A program made the translations under genes and the position numbers. Below the pieces are notes generated by a model, which worked only from the letters and a program-made list of their open reading frames with translations, was not told the DNA's origin and made no database searches. A stretch of 64,000 bases of DNA from Phoronis australis (Eukaryota > Animalia > Phoronida). Below are positions 1 through 13,184 of the stretch, piece after piece. Every line of letters begins with the position of its first letter. Within the stretch, counting starts at the first letter, position 1. The stretch is from assembly GCA_002633005.1 (NCBI GenBank), contig NMRA01000052.1, forward strand, positions 398,613 through 462,612, written 5' to 3'.

Positions 1-622
1 ACAACCAATGATAATTCAAATAAGGAATACAAAAGTGATAGTGCTGCTTTGTAAGAGCCAATAGGCATGTGACTGAAAGCTGATGTATGATCTGAAGCAA
101 TAACAACTTCCCAGTTCTTAAGAAAATGGTTTACAGCAACAGTTCAAACCTGTCCAGCTGGTCACCTATAATTGTGGGTGTAATAGTTCTGCAGTTGGGA
201 TAGCTCGAGTCGTAGTGGTACCATTACTGCTGATAGATGGCCCTACTGTGAGGACATACCAATAGGTCTCCGACCAGAATGATCGCATAAGAGTGATGTA
301 TCGGAATATTAACCATCCCATCACAATTTTTCAATACAAGACATCGTGTCAACGAGCAAAAATCATACGGATGTTGAAGCAGCAAAATATGATTTTGATG
401 ATTTTTTATCAGAGAATGACTCCTAAGATGAGTAAGTCAAGTCCGAGTGTATATATACAAAGATGTACGAGATGACTTAAGAATGCAAACATCTGGCAAA
501 ATTCCAAAACGAATCCGTTTGGAAAGGGTTGAATAGCAGCAGTGAATAACTTTCAACGCTGGAGTAAAAAACTTGTTTGCTCTAGCACTGTCCTGCGTCT
601 TCCCAACACATATATTTCATAC

Positions 623-757
623 CTTAGCATCACTTAGCTTGTCCCACTGGGGAGTGAAGTAAAACTTGATGCCTTCTAGAGCGCCCTCTTGTGTGCACGC
701 CACCACTAACAGAGCCACAAGGACAATGTACGGTACTATGGCAGTCACCCAAACGGC
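623..757 (-). CDS. SLC6 Na+/Cl--dependent transporter, internal exon (TM5 region); gene continues beyond the left edge
   Basis: ttttag acceptor and GTATGA donor; 135 nt, phase 0/0. Translates AVWVTAIVPYIVLVALLVVACTQEGALEGIKFYFTPQWDKLSDAK, matching the SLC6 VVYFTA.FPY...GI.FY..P.W..L pattern. Confidence 0.93.
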
Positions 758-1144
758 CTAAAATGTGACGTGCAATGTAACAATGAATGCGACAGAATTT
801 TCAAGACGGTTTTTAAGTGCTAAAAAATGACTTTGCTTGACAGCGAGAGACTTATTACATTAACATTACACGCGATGTATTTGAATGTGAACAGTAAACA
901 GGTTTTCAGAATAACATCTTGGTGCTAAAAGTATTAAACAATAGAACTGACTTTCTTATTGAACTATACCGCCAATAAAAACACTAGTTTTGAATGTTTT
1001 TCCACTGTTTGTTTGACAGCACATTGAAATGACATTCTCTTAAAATGTGACGGAATTTCAAAAGAAAAAAGAATATTTAAATATTAAATACAAGGCATTC
1101 TACAACAGAGCCAGCAGCAACGGTGAACAATTTACAAAGACAGA

Positions 1145-1168
1145 TGTGTGTGTGTGTGTGCGTGTGTG
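1145..1168. repeat. (TG)n microsatellite
   Basis: Directly visible. Confidence 0.9.
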
Positions 1169-1283
1169 CCAACAGCGTCCATTCGCATGCATGTAAAATG
1201 TGATAACAATCCATGACCCATTCCACACATGATGGAAAGTGGTTTGTAGTCGTCCGTGTACATCGCGTAACTTTTTTATACAG

Positions 1284-1783
1284 CAGGGCTTGGAATGACC
1301 AATGACAAAAAACGCGGAAACTTTCACGGCCCAAATCATGCCCGATAAACAGTCTTGAAATGGTCAATGTGAACCTTTCCCCGACAAAAATCGGGAGGAC
1401 TAAAAAAAAAAAACGTTACCACCATCAGTAGCATGCGTCTGCGTCCTTTTAGCTCACCCGTCCACTCCCAACCCACACATTTTTGGCTGCAGAGCGGTAG
1501 TATTTGCTGCCACGCTTAACAATAACACAAGACGCCATTGAAAATCACACCACGCTGTCCCAGATGCCCCGGCAATGTTGACAATTTACGTTCCTCCGAA
1601 ACATAAAGAGCAACTTCCGCTTTTCGAGGTGAACGTCGTCTGCAACGCCGCGGTAAGAAAGGAATTTGCCGCGGAAATTTTATATCAAATCCGATTTTTT
1701 TACGCGGAAATATTATAAAAAAAGCGGAAAGCACATTTGAAAAAAGCAGAAATCCGCGTTTCCGCGGAAAATTCCAAGCCCTG
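1284..1783. mobile_element. Non-autonomous DNA transposon (MITE), hAT-like, copy 1
   Basis: 13-bp TIRs CAGGGCTTGGAAT / ATTCCAAGCCCTG, flanked by the direct repeat ATACAG on both sides. A highly similar inverted copy is at 46863-47355. Confidence 0.88.
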
Positions 1784-3390
1784 ATACAGCCACGGCCACA
1801 CAACACAAATTAGAACATTCTCGCCACACTCATAAAGCAGTCTCAACGAACAGCTCAACTGGCAGAAAGCGATAACGTGAGCTTCAATGTGAAAAACCTA
1901 CTACTATATGATACACCACCAGCCATAACCAATTACGAATAATACAAAGCGTGTAGGAAGCAGCCAAAGAATGATTACGTAATACGATACATCTAAGACT
2001 GAGCTCTCAACAGTCAGCTTAAAGATTAATGGCAACCCATTGAAAGACAAAATCGTTTGCTATTAACCAATAGCTTCACAACTACAAGCCAGCATGCTAA
2101 GACGAAGCATCAGAACAAAGTCATACCTTTCTAATCTGCGTTTTCAGAAATAAAAGAGGAAGTTGGATAAACGTGTCGCAGCCGGCTGAATGAGAAATAT
2201 ATTTCGTCGGGCAATGAAAAGAAAGGCCAGGTTTGGGAATGCTGAACGAGTGCCTAGCACATTGATGCGTGGGCTTGTATTCAAGTTACAGGCAGAATGG
2301 GGGGGGGCTCCTTGGATGCGCGCATGTCTTAAAGTTGCTAGATCTGAGTTTGGGGAATAAGACAGTTCAAACTTAAACTAAAGCAGGGTTTTGTGATAAT
2401 ATAGCCAATAAATCAACACAATTTGGAAAGTACCAGTGGCGACTAACCCTAACCTTAACCACCACTTCAAATTTTAGTTGCTCATCTCGACAAACGTGAC
2501 GTCAAGCTACTAGATGTCCAGTCATTTTTGATGTTTTCTAACAAACTTGTTTAATTTTTAAAAATTTCTCTTGCAAATTTTGACACCAAAAAATAATTTA
2601 TCACTGCAGTATCTTGGAGAAAAAAGACATTAGGGAGACTGTCCAATTAAACGCAGTCACGTCCACGGCAAACCAACGATTTCACTATACACTCGGTGCA
2701 ATTTGGCACTAGCCCAGCAGTGGGGAAACGGATGTGCAATTATACCTCAGTTAAGACAATAGATGTCTCCGAGTTTTACACAGCTATCGTTTAAAGGATG
2801 TCTTAATGTGAGACTGTCGTGAATGCAGACGAAAGTTTTTGGCAGAATGATCAGAATGATTGTATCATGTGAAGACAACAGAAGCTGATGATAAAAGACT
2901 TATATGTGGTGGGCATTATTACATTATTATCCCAGTTTTTAGTTTTCGTCGTTTGCACAAGGAATCGTTCATTGAAGGTTTGGTTTACCTAATGCAACCA
3001 CTAACAGAGACATCAACATAATGTATAAAATAATAAGAGATGTGTTGAGAACCGACACAAAACATCAGGAGAATCACAATGATTGCTGATCGTTATGTCC
3101 ACCATCACGGTGATTATCTCGGTTGACTTGCACTAAATGTGGTTTCAAAGACATGAACCTAATGAGGGGACGAGCAATTTCACACCAATTACATCAACAT
3201 GAAACATTCTGTGCATTACACACTGTGAACACAGAGTGTATCACAAATTGACCTAATGCAAAATTCTAGCAATTTCAAAGTGGTTTCAATTTTTAGAACA
3301 ATCTCTAAGTGATTAAATGTTACTTTAAAACGGTATACGTCAAACATGGTCATTAAAATACGCACTACTCACAGAGCAATATTTGCTTAC

Positions 3391-3523
3391 CTTCCCCGAG
3401 GTCTTGACACCTTTAATTAGACAGAAGAAGACTAGTATCCAAGCCAACAGTAGACAAAGAGCTAACTGCCAGCGTAGACTACCTAGGTTATGCAAGCCAT
3501 CGGTCTTCTCAAGCACATGATTA
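3391..3523 (-). CDS. SLC6 transporter internal exon (end of EL2 and TM4)
   Basis: ttctag acceptor and GTAAGC donor; 133 nt, phase 2/0. Translates (Y)[44 protein letters not shown], with the hallmark W.L..CLL.AW...KG.K.SGK. Confidence 0.95.
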
Positions 3524-3535
3524 CTAGAAGAGGAA

Positions 3536-3602
3536 TGATTTCTTGAGATAATGGATAATAAGCTTGATGATTTCTTGAGATAATGGATAGTAATCTTGAT
3601 GA
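3536..3602 (+). repeat. 32-bp tandem duplication
   Basis: tgatttcttgagataatggata(a/g)taa(g/t)cttga occurs twice. Confidence 0.9.
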
Positions 3603-4868
3603 AGATTTTTATGTTATCTTACGTGACTGCTGGGGAAACATTTGATAAATTGATGGCAAATCTTCAACTATTACACTGAAAAAAGATAAAATTGTAATTT
3701 TTCTGTTTTTCTATTTTTTAAAAGTCAATTACCTTAATTTTCATTAAACAACTGAATTACCATCTGTTGTAAATTGCATAAAACTGTACACAACAAACCA
3801 CATGCTGACGGAATTCATTTTGATAAGAGTTCATCTTATTAAGAAATTTGCCAAAATGAACTTCACTTGTTGGCCACATTGTGTACTAAATAGGTAAAGC
3901 ATTGTCGAAATGCGTTGAACTGAAACTGGAATTGATAAAACAAAAATAAGATTTTGTGTAGTCAAGGCAACTTTCAGACAGTACCATTTCACTGTCACTT
4001 TTCACACAGTCACATATTAAGTAATTGGACTAACGGAGAGTACAAAAGGATTCTAATGATGTGACAAAATAAATGTGCTGGAGGGAGACAGCCTTCTCCT
4101 AAATCAATAACATCTCGACAAACGCACGCCATCTAAAAGGCTATTTCCTTACATCTTGCGTCAAAACCTAAAACATCGTGATGAACAAACTGGTCTCAAA
4201 GTTTTCTTTTTCATGATAGCAACTGACTTAAATCATCAAAACAAAATCAAAGTTCACCAAAGGCGGACAGGAAACCACCCAATTTTGAAAGGTTGGCAAG
4301 CTCAGTCAAATTTGATGGCTTTTCAAGACTTGTTTCACTTGCCGATGCTCTGAAGTAACTGTTAGAGCCAGAATGAAAATCATTTTCCATCACAGTGTGG
4401 AAACTTTTGAGTCACACTTGAAGTGATTTGGCGGCCTGGTTTATATCACAGGTATAAAGAAAGTGACCCTCTAATAATGTACCACAACTACAAAGTTCAA
4501 AGTGTTTGTCAGAAGCATTCAAGTAAGAGTAACACACACACAAAATAAACAAAAAAATGACTGAAAAAAATCAAACAGTCTACACAAGTTGTTTAAAATT
4601 TTAAGGCATTTAGCATGAATTTCAAATTTATTTAGTACAGGAATGAGAAAGGCATCCACAAAAATTCTCGAGTGCTCAAGTAATTTTAAAATGTTTTCTA
4701 GTTCATGATCATCTAAAATTAAAAACTGCAAGATTAAGTTTTCGACTGACTACTTTGGTAGCACAAGACGGACATTCACAGATAACAAACCATAGCAGAC
4801 GATGATTTCTACAATCAATACAAAATGATATCTTTCTAATTTTAATAACTTTACCCCTGCAGACCTAC

Positions 4869-5013
4869 TAGAAATATTCCTCACTGGGGGACCGTCGTTG
4901 CACGGTAACGTTTGAAGTGACATTGTACTCCATGAGATCCAAGCTGGGGTTTCCATAGAGACAGTTTGTTGCGTTACTTGAGCAGTTACTTATATGTCCA
5001 GCTTGGCTGCAAG
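4869..5013 (-). CDS. SLC6 transporter internal exon (glycosylated extracellular loop 2)
   Basis: tttcag acceptor and GTAGGT donor; 145 nt, phase 1/2, fitting both neighbours. Translates (A)CSQAGHISNCSSNATNCLYGNPSLDLMEYNVTSNVTVQRRSPSEEYF, with the SP.EEYF motif and several N-x-S/T sequons. Confidence 0.9.
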
Positions 5014-6378
5014 CTGAAATTTACGAGATCGTGAAGTTGTGCAACCTAACTATTATCTATTGAATAACAATGTGCAGGCATAAATGAACAAGTACAAGTC
5101 AGTTCGAAAAACTTTGTTATAGTGATGTAACAACGCATTACGAAAAAAATCAAATGCAAAGCATATGCACCGATACTGGTGCAATGCTAGTTGCTGCATC
5201 AAAATAGTTCCAGTTACAGAAAAAATAAAAACAACATTAAATAAGGATATGTCGAACCCCACACAGTTTGTCATATTTTCTACCTCAACATTACAACTTG
5301 TGGTGCAACTGTTAAAACTTCGCATTTTAATGACAGCAGACAGAAATTACGGTAATTCTCCATTACTTTGGCACACTCAACGCATTTCGCACAGTAAAAT
5401 TATTTGGAAAAATAATATTTTGTCCCTCACTTATTTCACGGGAGGCTACATGGCGGGATTTTTTTGCCTCATCTAATTCGTACATGGTCAGTTTTGCAAA
5501 CAGTGTTAATAAGACCTGCGTACAGTATATTCACCACCTCGATGGTTCATTGATATGGGATATCTCATGCTATTGCAAACATGCAGTGAATGGGATTGTT
5601 GACGATGGTTGGCTACTCACTCAATTTTGCGAACTCGTCAAAACCAAAGTGTGTATATTAAGTTTATTTCACACGCTCACAGACTATCACAAAAAATATA
5701 TTTAATTTATTTTGTCTGAAATAAGTGGAGAATTACTGTCAGTAATTTTGGTCTCAAATTGTTGATGATGACAATGCCAGCACAAGTTACTACAACCCCC
5801 AGAGTCCTTACACCTTACGTCCACCAAAAACCTCAATCCAGTGCTGCACTACAATTTTTAGTATTCATACAACTGTAGTCAGCATGCAAAATATCCAAAT
5901 TAGAGCGAAGAAAATCTAACTTCTACCATTGAGGTGACTGTTCACGCTTTTAACAACCAGGTGTTGCAACACGTCCCTCGCCAGAAAAACATCACAATCC
6001 CAGACCTAGCCAGTCCATCCACTAGGCCACAAACTAAGCAGCTACCTAGGGATCCTGCTAATATATGATACCAAGTCACCACTAAATGAATACACTTGTG
6101 TGTAATATCTACAAATACTATAGCTGCTTATAACAGCTCGAAGAGGCAAATTTTTTGAATCAATCAATGCATCCTAAATGCGATATTTAACCGAGCTGGG
6201 AAAATGGCATTTTAAAGTGTATTTCAAATTACTGCACGTGACGATCGTTGCATGCATAGAACTTCAAAAGAGCGGCATCTGCTTCACATGGGCATGACAA
6301 CTTGAAATCCACCACTAGTGTCAACAACTAGGACAACAAATGCAGTCAACAGCACAATTGGCACCGGACTTGGCCTAC

Positions 6379-6522
6379 CTGGAGTGTTCCATGGGTTGCC
6401 ACAACTGGTCCATGGGAGGGGGTATTGCATAGAGGCGAAGAGGTAGAAGAGCGACCAACCAATGATGAGGTTATAGTAGATACCAACCAAGATCGCAGCA
6501 CTGACCATAGCGTAACCAACAC
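6379..6522 (-). CDS. SLC6 transporter internal exon (TM3 and start of EL2)
   Basis: gacag acceptor and GTAGGC donor; 144 nt, phase 1/1. Translates (G)[47 protein letters not shown], with the YYN and LPW..C...WNT signatures. Confidence 0.96.
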
Positions 6523-8116
6523 CTGTCAATACCCAAGCATCCTTAAACTGATCATTTCACAATCTCTAAATTTGTAATATTTAATGCATATTAAACAAAA
6601 AAATCAGGATTTAAAAAAAAACACATGCACTCCTACAACACCCTAAATTAAAACATAAATCAAAAGCAAAGTGAGCACTGTATACCTCTGAGCACAATAT
6701 CTTTCTAAGGTCACAAGTTTCTTGTTCCCTGGTAAGACAGTGTTTTCAATCCAGGGTTTGAAAAATCCCAACTCAAAAGCAACTGTAAGGAAACAGCGGT
6801 CATCTAGAGCGGTTTCCACGTTCTAAGAACTACATGATTTGAAATCAACTGTCTTTATTTTACACCAGCATTTAATTCTCAATGTACATGCCACTAACTC
6901 TAGTATTCAGTCACAAAACAACCCAACTGCCACCCAATACTCCTTTTGTCGCATAAACTGACACACCCGTCATTTCATGTTATTGCGTTCAATCTCAAGA
7001 AAAAAAAACAAGATGAGATGTTACTTCTAATCTGTTTCAGGTACAGGTTGAGAGCCATCTTAATTAGCAGCATTAAGGGATTTATGAATGTATGTCGCAA
7101 ACATTTTTAAGTCTGGTCAGCGCGTCACCTTAGAAATGTTTGCGATACTAAGGCATTAAATTCAAAAGTTAGTGTTCTGAAACTGAAAATTGCTGTAGGG
7201 ACAAGTGTATTGCAGCTTTAAGAGTAATAGAAACAGTCACGTACGAGAAGTCTTAATAAAGGTGTATTGAGCATTGTGTAGGTAATATGTCTATTATCCT
7301 GCGACATCCCATTTCAACGACTAGTGTCGAGTGTTTTGATTTAATTTTGTGAGGGTTGCAAAAAATTGAGCCACAAAACTAAGCAAGTTAATACTTGTTG
7401 GTTTCTATGGTTACACTGTGGCCAAAATGGACAATATGTTGTTTTTTGTTTGACCAATAGAGTGATTGATTGATTTCATTAAGTCGTACACAAATACATG
7501 TAAATGATAGCAGTATGGTAAACATGAAACATGGAGAAATAAGATAAAACGTGTACAACCAGTATAGTACCAGCAAGTAAGACACTTTAGTTCCATGCTG
7601 GTCCCATATAATGACATTAACAAATTTAATAAAATGACATGAATGCTAACAAAAACATATGAAAGTATAATGATAATAAAGTGAAAATGTGCATAGATAT
7701 GAAGAAAAAGAGGTTAAATAAATGAATAAAGAACACATCAATAAATAAATAATAAAAAATAACAATGCTATGAGATAAAGATACACGATAGTAAAAATTA
7801 ATATTGAATTTGGCTAAACAAAAGTGACTTGATTTGTTATTTAAAAGGTTTTTTAAAAGTTCCGCGGTGATATCAGAGAGAGAGCTATTGCACACAGTGC
7901 CAGCAGTATATTCAACAAACTGTTTCACTCTTCTTTTTCTTACACTGAAGTTGGCCACTTTGACCTTGCAAACATAGTGCTCAATACAACTTTAACAGCA
8001 TGCTGAAGAATTACTGACTTTTCCCAGAGAATGAAAATGCTTTCCATTTAATAAGAATCTAGATTATACTCATCAATAGAACACCCGTCGCCATACATCA
8101 GGTATTTCAATCTTAC

Positions 8117-8248
8117 CTTTAAACAAAGGCGACACCTTCCACACTGCTATGGGACCGAGGCTGGCAAACTGACCTAATGCCACCTCCAAGTAGTAGAGAG
8201 GAATGCCCACGAATATCACAGAGATTATGTAGGGAATGAAAAATGCTC
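8117..8248 (-). CDS. SLC6 transporter internal exon (TM2)
   Basis: tttcag acceptor and GTAAGA donor; 132 nt, phase 1/1. Translates (G)AFFIPYIISVIFVGIPLYYLEVALGQFASLGPIAVWKVSPLFK(G). Confidence 0.96.
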
Positions 8249-8376
8249 CTGAAATGAAGGAGAAAAAGAAATGTTTATCATAGAGAGAAAAAGGTACAAT
8301 CCCTGAATGGATGATTACGAATCCAGCTGTTGCAGCATAACCAAATCATGGTTTTAAAGTCACATACAGCATTTAT

Positions 8377-8538
8377 TACCATAAACTCGCAGGTTAATGC
8401 CCCGGGCGTTTGAATTGGGAAAACCTGAGACAGGGGGTGGACGATTACCCAAGCAGAGGGCGCTTAAACCGAATATTGACAAAAAGTCGGGTATGGACGA
8501 TTACCCAGGCATGGGCATTAACCCGCGAGTTTACGGTA
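8377..8538. mobile_element. Tc1/mariner-pogo-like MITE
   Basis: TA-flanked imperfect TIRs: taCCATAAACTCGCAGGTTAATGCCC ... GGGCATTAACCCGCGAGTTTACGGta. Internal repeat TGGACGATTACCCA occurs twice. Confidence 0.7.
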
Positions 8539-9557
8539 GTATGATGGCATGTTAATGTTCCCAATTTCACAAAATTACAATATTAAGGACCAAGTGATTA
8601 TGCCTCAGTGAAGCTAGATTTGACATAACCAAACTTGAGATTAATTCTGGTTGGTGACCATAAGTTGACCTAACAATCCATCGGTCTATATTTGGATTTC
8701 ATATAAGAAATTGCAGAAACTCGGAAAGGGGTACAAATTACGTAAGCATATATTTTATAAGATTTGTCTCCAACAGTGAGCTTAATTAGAATCAGTTACC
8801 AAGGTAAAAATATCAAGTATATTGATCTCTAGGAGTTTTCGCTCTAGGCTTCATATCCAACGATTTTGAACATGACATGCAGTGATCTTGCTATCATTTA
8901 AGATGAGTGTACAGGGTTTGAGTACCAGCGGAACACCATGAGCCACATCAGAGAAGGGGACAGAGACTATTGCGGCCTTTGTTCTTTTTCTTTTTGGATA
9001 TTAAGATCACAGTTTGATACAAATGCTAAGATTCTGACTGCAGAAGGCATGATATTGAAACATGACCGAAGTTACTCAACATTTAAAATGTTGAAACTAC
9101 GGAAAAGCATTGCAGAAGTGGAAACAGATGTGACAATCAGTCACAGACTGAGCATGGGGTTCATGTTTTGAGCAAAGAGGTCAAATTTGAGAGTGGGGTT
9201 CAAACTTTCAGTGTGGTGCCTCACTACGCCCAAAAAGCCTGGACAGAACACTGACGTTTTCCAGGGTAAACACAATTCACACACTTGCATTAAAATTATT
9301 AGACATTAGACATACATGTAATTATGAATGCTACAAACTTGGAAATATCAGTTCCCAGGGATTTCAGTGGCCTTCTGATATCGTGACAAGATTTTTCATT
9401 GAATACAAAACAAAAATATCTTAAATTGTGTTCCTGTCATTTCTTGTCAAAAAGTTTTCATTTTTGCCAAATATAATAGAACAAGTGATCCCACACAACA
9501 GCACAAGTCTCCGCAACAACTGACACTTGAAATTATTCATTTATTCAGTTATGAAAA

Positions 9558-9865
9558 GTTATCTATCTGCATCCTGATTTCTGCTGAGTAGCTTAGCTTT
9601 CGCATCCATCTTGGATCCTTCCTCTGGGCACTGAGCAGGAACTTTTGATCATGTAACCTTCAAAGGTTGAACTCTGGCGAGGTTCATTGACAAGAATCAT
9701 GTTGTCCTTGGTCACATGGGATGAGGCACTCAACCTGATCCTGGCCAGAGGTTAAACCCTTGGTGGTCACATGATCAAGAGTTCAATCTTAGTGCCCCAA
9801 AGAAGGATCCAAGACGGATCTGAAAGCTAAGCTACTCAAGAGAAATCAGGGTGCAGATAGGTAAC
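9558..9865. mobile_element. MITE/foldback element with about 75-bp imperfect TIRs
   Basis: gttatctatctgcatcctgatttct...tgagtagcttagctttc...cttggatccttc is mirrored by gaaggatccaag...gaaagctaagctactca...agaaatcagggtgcagataggtaac. No clear TSD. Confidence 0.72.
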
Positions 9866-10122
9866 AACCGTAACTACTCGTCACAGTACCACAGCCATTT
9901 ATGACACATTTCTGCACTGCTACGATCGCTACTCATCTTACTACTAAAAATGAAATTTAAAAATCAACGCAACTACGTAAAACTTCAACGTTTTTGCTTT
10001 AATCGCTAAAGCATTATCACTAAAGGATGGCTGTGTTTTTGTGACACTTTTACGGAGAAATACAACGCGGCACAAGCTGATCCAACTTCAGAGCCTGTGT
10101 TCAGACTGCTAGAAACTCCTAC

Positions 10123-10483
10123 CTCCACCATTGCTGTAACACAGATAGGGGAACCTCCAGACATTCCCCAACCCCACCGCATAACCGAGACTGGACAACA
10201 TGTATTCCACACGGCTGCTCCACTCCATTCGTTTATACACCGAGTGCGTTCCATCATCGTCGTCATCATCCTCATTATCACGGCCATCCAGGCAAACGTT
10301 ACGGTCGATGTCGTTTTCGTCTGACAGAGTGGTCGACGTGAACTGGCTTGCTATGCTACCTCGGAAGGACTTGCCGTCGCTGTCTTGAGCGTAGGTCACG
10401 TGACTGGAAGACTGGGCAGGGCTAAGCTGTGGCTGTTGCAGTTGTGCACTTGAGTCTGTGGCTGGCAGGTCGCTAAAGCTCAC
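10123..10483 (-). CDS. SLC6 transporter exon: cytosolic N-terminus and TM1 (amino-acid/GABA/glycine-type, not monoamine-type)
   Basis: ttttcag acceptor and GTAGGA donor; 361 nt, phase 0/1. Starts VSFSDLP and ends [36 protein letters not shown](G). TM1 has AVGLGN rather than the monoamine-transporter AVDLAN. Confidence 0.96.
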
Positions 10484-11134
10484 CTGAAAAAAGTAGGTGT
10501 GAATATTATTAGAGGCTTTATACTGATCTTACGGGGAAATGGACTGTCTTGTTCATCAAATCACAGAAAAATACTACAATACTAAAATTTGTAAATAAAA
10601 TAAATTTTTAAATAAAATGAAAATAAATGAACAAAAAAATAAAAATAAACTTGTGAAAAGGAAGATGTAACAAAGGAAATCTCCAGTGAACACCAAAATG
10701 TGTATTTCACCTAGTAAACACAAACACTTCAGTTCATTTGCAGATGACACGTTCATTCCATATTGGTCAAAGAAGGAAACACACCCTTCTCCGAAGCCTG
10801 TCACTAGCGAAGTGCCCAACATATGCAGTCATGCCTGCATGGCCCACGTAAGAAAGTCTATACAGTGCACTGAGATGCAACAAAGACATTAGCATTAATG
10901 AGAAATAGCAATTAAATAAGTACAACAATAAATGAAGTACAGTTACTTTAGTAACAAAAAACATGAAAGTTTTAAAAACGCATTTCGACTGTGTTCTAAA
11001 TCAGAAGTAATAAATCAGAAGTAATAAAAGAAGATAACTGATGATTTCACAAAACTGTAGGATTAAATTAAATATGAGATACGAAACACTGGAAATAATA
11101 AATAAAACATTATAAAATTAAGAATTTGAATGTA

Positions 11135-11406
11135 CAGGGCTCGATTTGGCAGATTTTGTTTGGCCACCTCATGAGAACCCCAGGTTGTCACAATGTCGCA
11201 ACGCCAAATCCGAGAATGGGTTCAAAATACTACCGGAAGCAAACAGGTAGAGGTCAGAATCATTCAACAAAAAACGAAGCATTTTTTCACTTAGATGTCT
11301 TAGTTGTTGCCAACAAGGTTTGGCGACCTCAGTTCCTGCTTGGCGACCTGGTAATTTTGCCAGGTCGCATTTCACGAGTTGACATTACGTTAGGTTCAAA
11401 GCCTTG
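11135..11406. mobile_element. Possible degenerate hAT-like MITE
   Basis: Starts CAGGGCTCGA and ends TCAAAGCCTTG (imperfect TIR); internal TTGGCGACC repeats; flanks ATGTA / GTGTA. Confidence 0.4.
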
Positions 11407-13048
11407 GTGTAATGCAACTTAACAATTTGACATAATCCTACTGCAGAAGTTCATCAAGTAAAATTTATTTTGACGAAATTTCTAAACAAAAATAAATGAG
11501 AAACAAAAACAAATAGGATTTCTTTACCTTTAAAGTAAAACTGCGCTAACCTTCAGAATACCTAAAAACGCAACTTCAACAATTTAAAAAATAAAACAAA
11601 TTTGAGACCATTTTAAAGACGCCACAAGCTCCACTGCGGATACAATACAAACACGGAAAACCAGAAGTGTTAAAGCAAAAGACAATGCTACCTTTGAAAA
11701 CCATAGTTTACAATCGTGTTCGAGGTGGACCCATTTTTAGGGGTTTCTTTTGGATGTAACGTGCCCACATTTTGAGAAACAGCTGATGTCCGTTATTCAA
11801 TGGAGAAAACCGGTTCTCAAAATGCAGGCACGTTATATCTGACCTTCTTAATAAAGCGAGTTGGCATTCCTAATAAAACATGATGAAAGTATAGACTGAA
11901 TTGTGTTTTGACATTGCTTCAATAAGATTCCCGACATTACACTTAATCTCAAATTCCAGTTTGTAGATTGTGAGGGTCTTTTACACCCCTTATTTCAGAA
12001 CATGAACCTAAACACTCCGAGAAACACAAAATCAAAACAAAATCAATACCAGTTGAAACACGCATTTGGTGCAATACGAGTGACACCAGTTAGGAGCTCA
12101 TTTTCTGAGTTTTAGGACATTATTTATTTACATCCACACATTAGACAATTCTTTACATTAACCGAAGTCCATATGTTAGTTTTCAGACCTCAGATTTTTG
12201 GAATCTGAAAATCAACCCGTGAATCGGGTTTAAGTCTCAATGAAGTAATAACAATTTCAAGAAAAAAATGCTAAAGAAATTCGAAAAGGCGTTACCCACT
12301 GTAGCGATTGCTGTCGTGATTTATTGTCTGCGAAATACTGGAAAACCCATCCAACTCGGAAAATTTCTTGTTTTTCGCTCATATTCTTCAGTATAAATGC
12401 CTTGCTTTAACAGTCAAGTATCAAAATAATCAACTTTATGAACAAAAAATGTTGCCATTCAAGAGCCTCATAGTCTTCATTCATAAAGTTAACGGTGAAC
12501 TCGTTTTCTTCCAAGTGCTCTCAAGCATTGAGTATTTGCGCACTGATTCACATACGGGTATTAGTGAACATACAATCGTCAACATTTCATGTAAAACTTG
12601 CATTTAGCACCTCATTACCCTATTCTTAGACTACATCCAGTTTCTTGACCCAGGCACCCCTTAAAGATGGCCGGTCCTGTACACGCTCGCACCTACTTTC
12701 TCCACAAAGTGGAAAAATTAAGTTTTGGTACTAATAGAAAGGATTTAGAATTTCCAAATCTTAGTGAAATGCACGAGACATTTCAACCACTACCACTTTA
12801 TCACGAGGTTTATAGCTATTTAAACTGAGCCACTTTCCTCTGATCAATGGATCAAGGATTACCATTCACATGCTGTACACGTCATTCACACACGTACAGC
12901 ACGCACACGGTTTGCCAGCAATTTTTAGTGATTCGGATCATTAGTAATGTCTTGTAGATAAATGCAAAATCAGATTCATTAGTAAGTAGAGAAAAGGGTT
13001 GACACTAAACTGGTTTAAATCAAGCTATTTAAAATTCATCTACCGCTT

Positions 13049-13184
13049 CTCACACACGAAATATTTTATGCAGACTCTGTTTAATGTAGTAAATGGCAAA
13101 GCCTCCACGAAGACGCCTCACACACAAAATATTTTATGCAAACTCTGTTTAATGTAGTAAACGGCAAAGCCTCCACGAAGACGC
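13049..13184 (+). repeat. 68-bp tandem duplication
   Basis: ctcacacac.aaatattttatgca.actctgtttaatgtagtaaa.ggcaaagcctccacgaagacgc occurs twice. Confidence 0.9.

Noticed and set aside
1-475. Coding-looking plus-strand stretch, or a further SLC6 exon
   Set aside because: Stops interrupt the plus-strand frames checked, and the expected next SLC6 motif (VW.DAA.QIFFS) was not seen on the minus strand.
1516-1806. Similar 'proteins' here and at 46850-47092
   Set aside because: These are translations of two copies of the same MITE, not paralogous genes.
11528-11561. 34-nt AG/GT-bounded segment as another SLC6 upstream exon
   Set aside because: No ATG, an in-frame stop in the phase-0 frame, and a length that would shift the frame.
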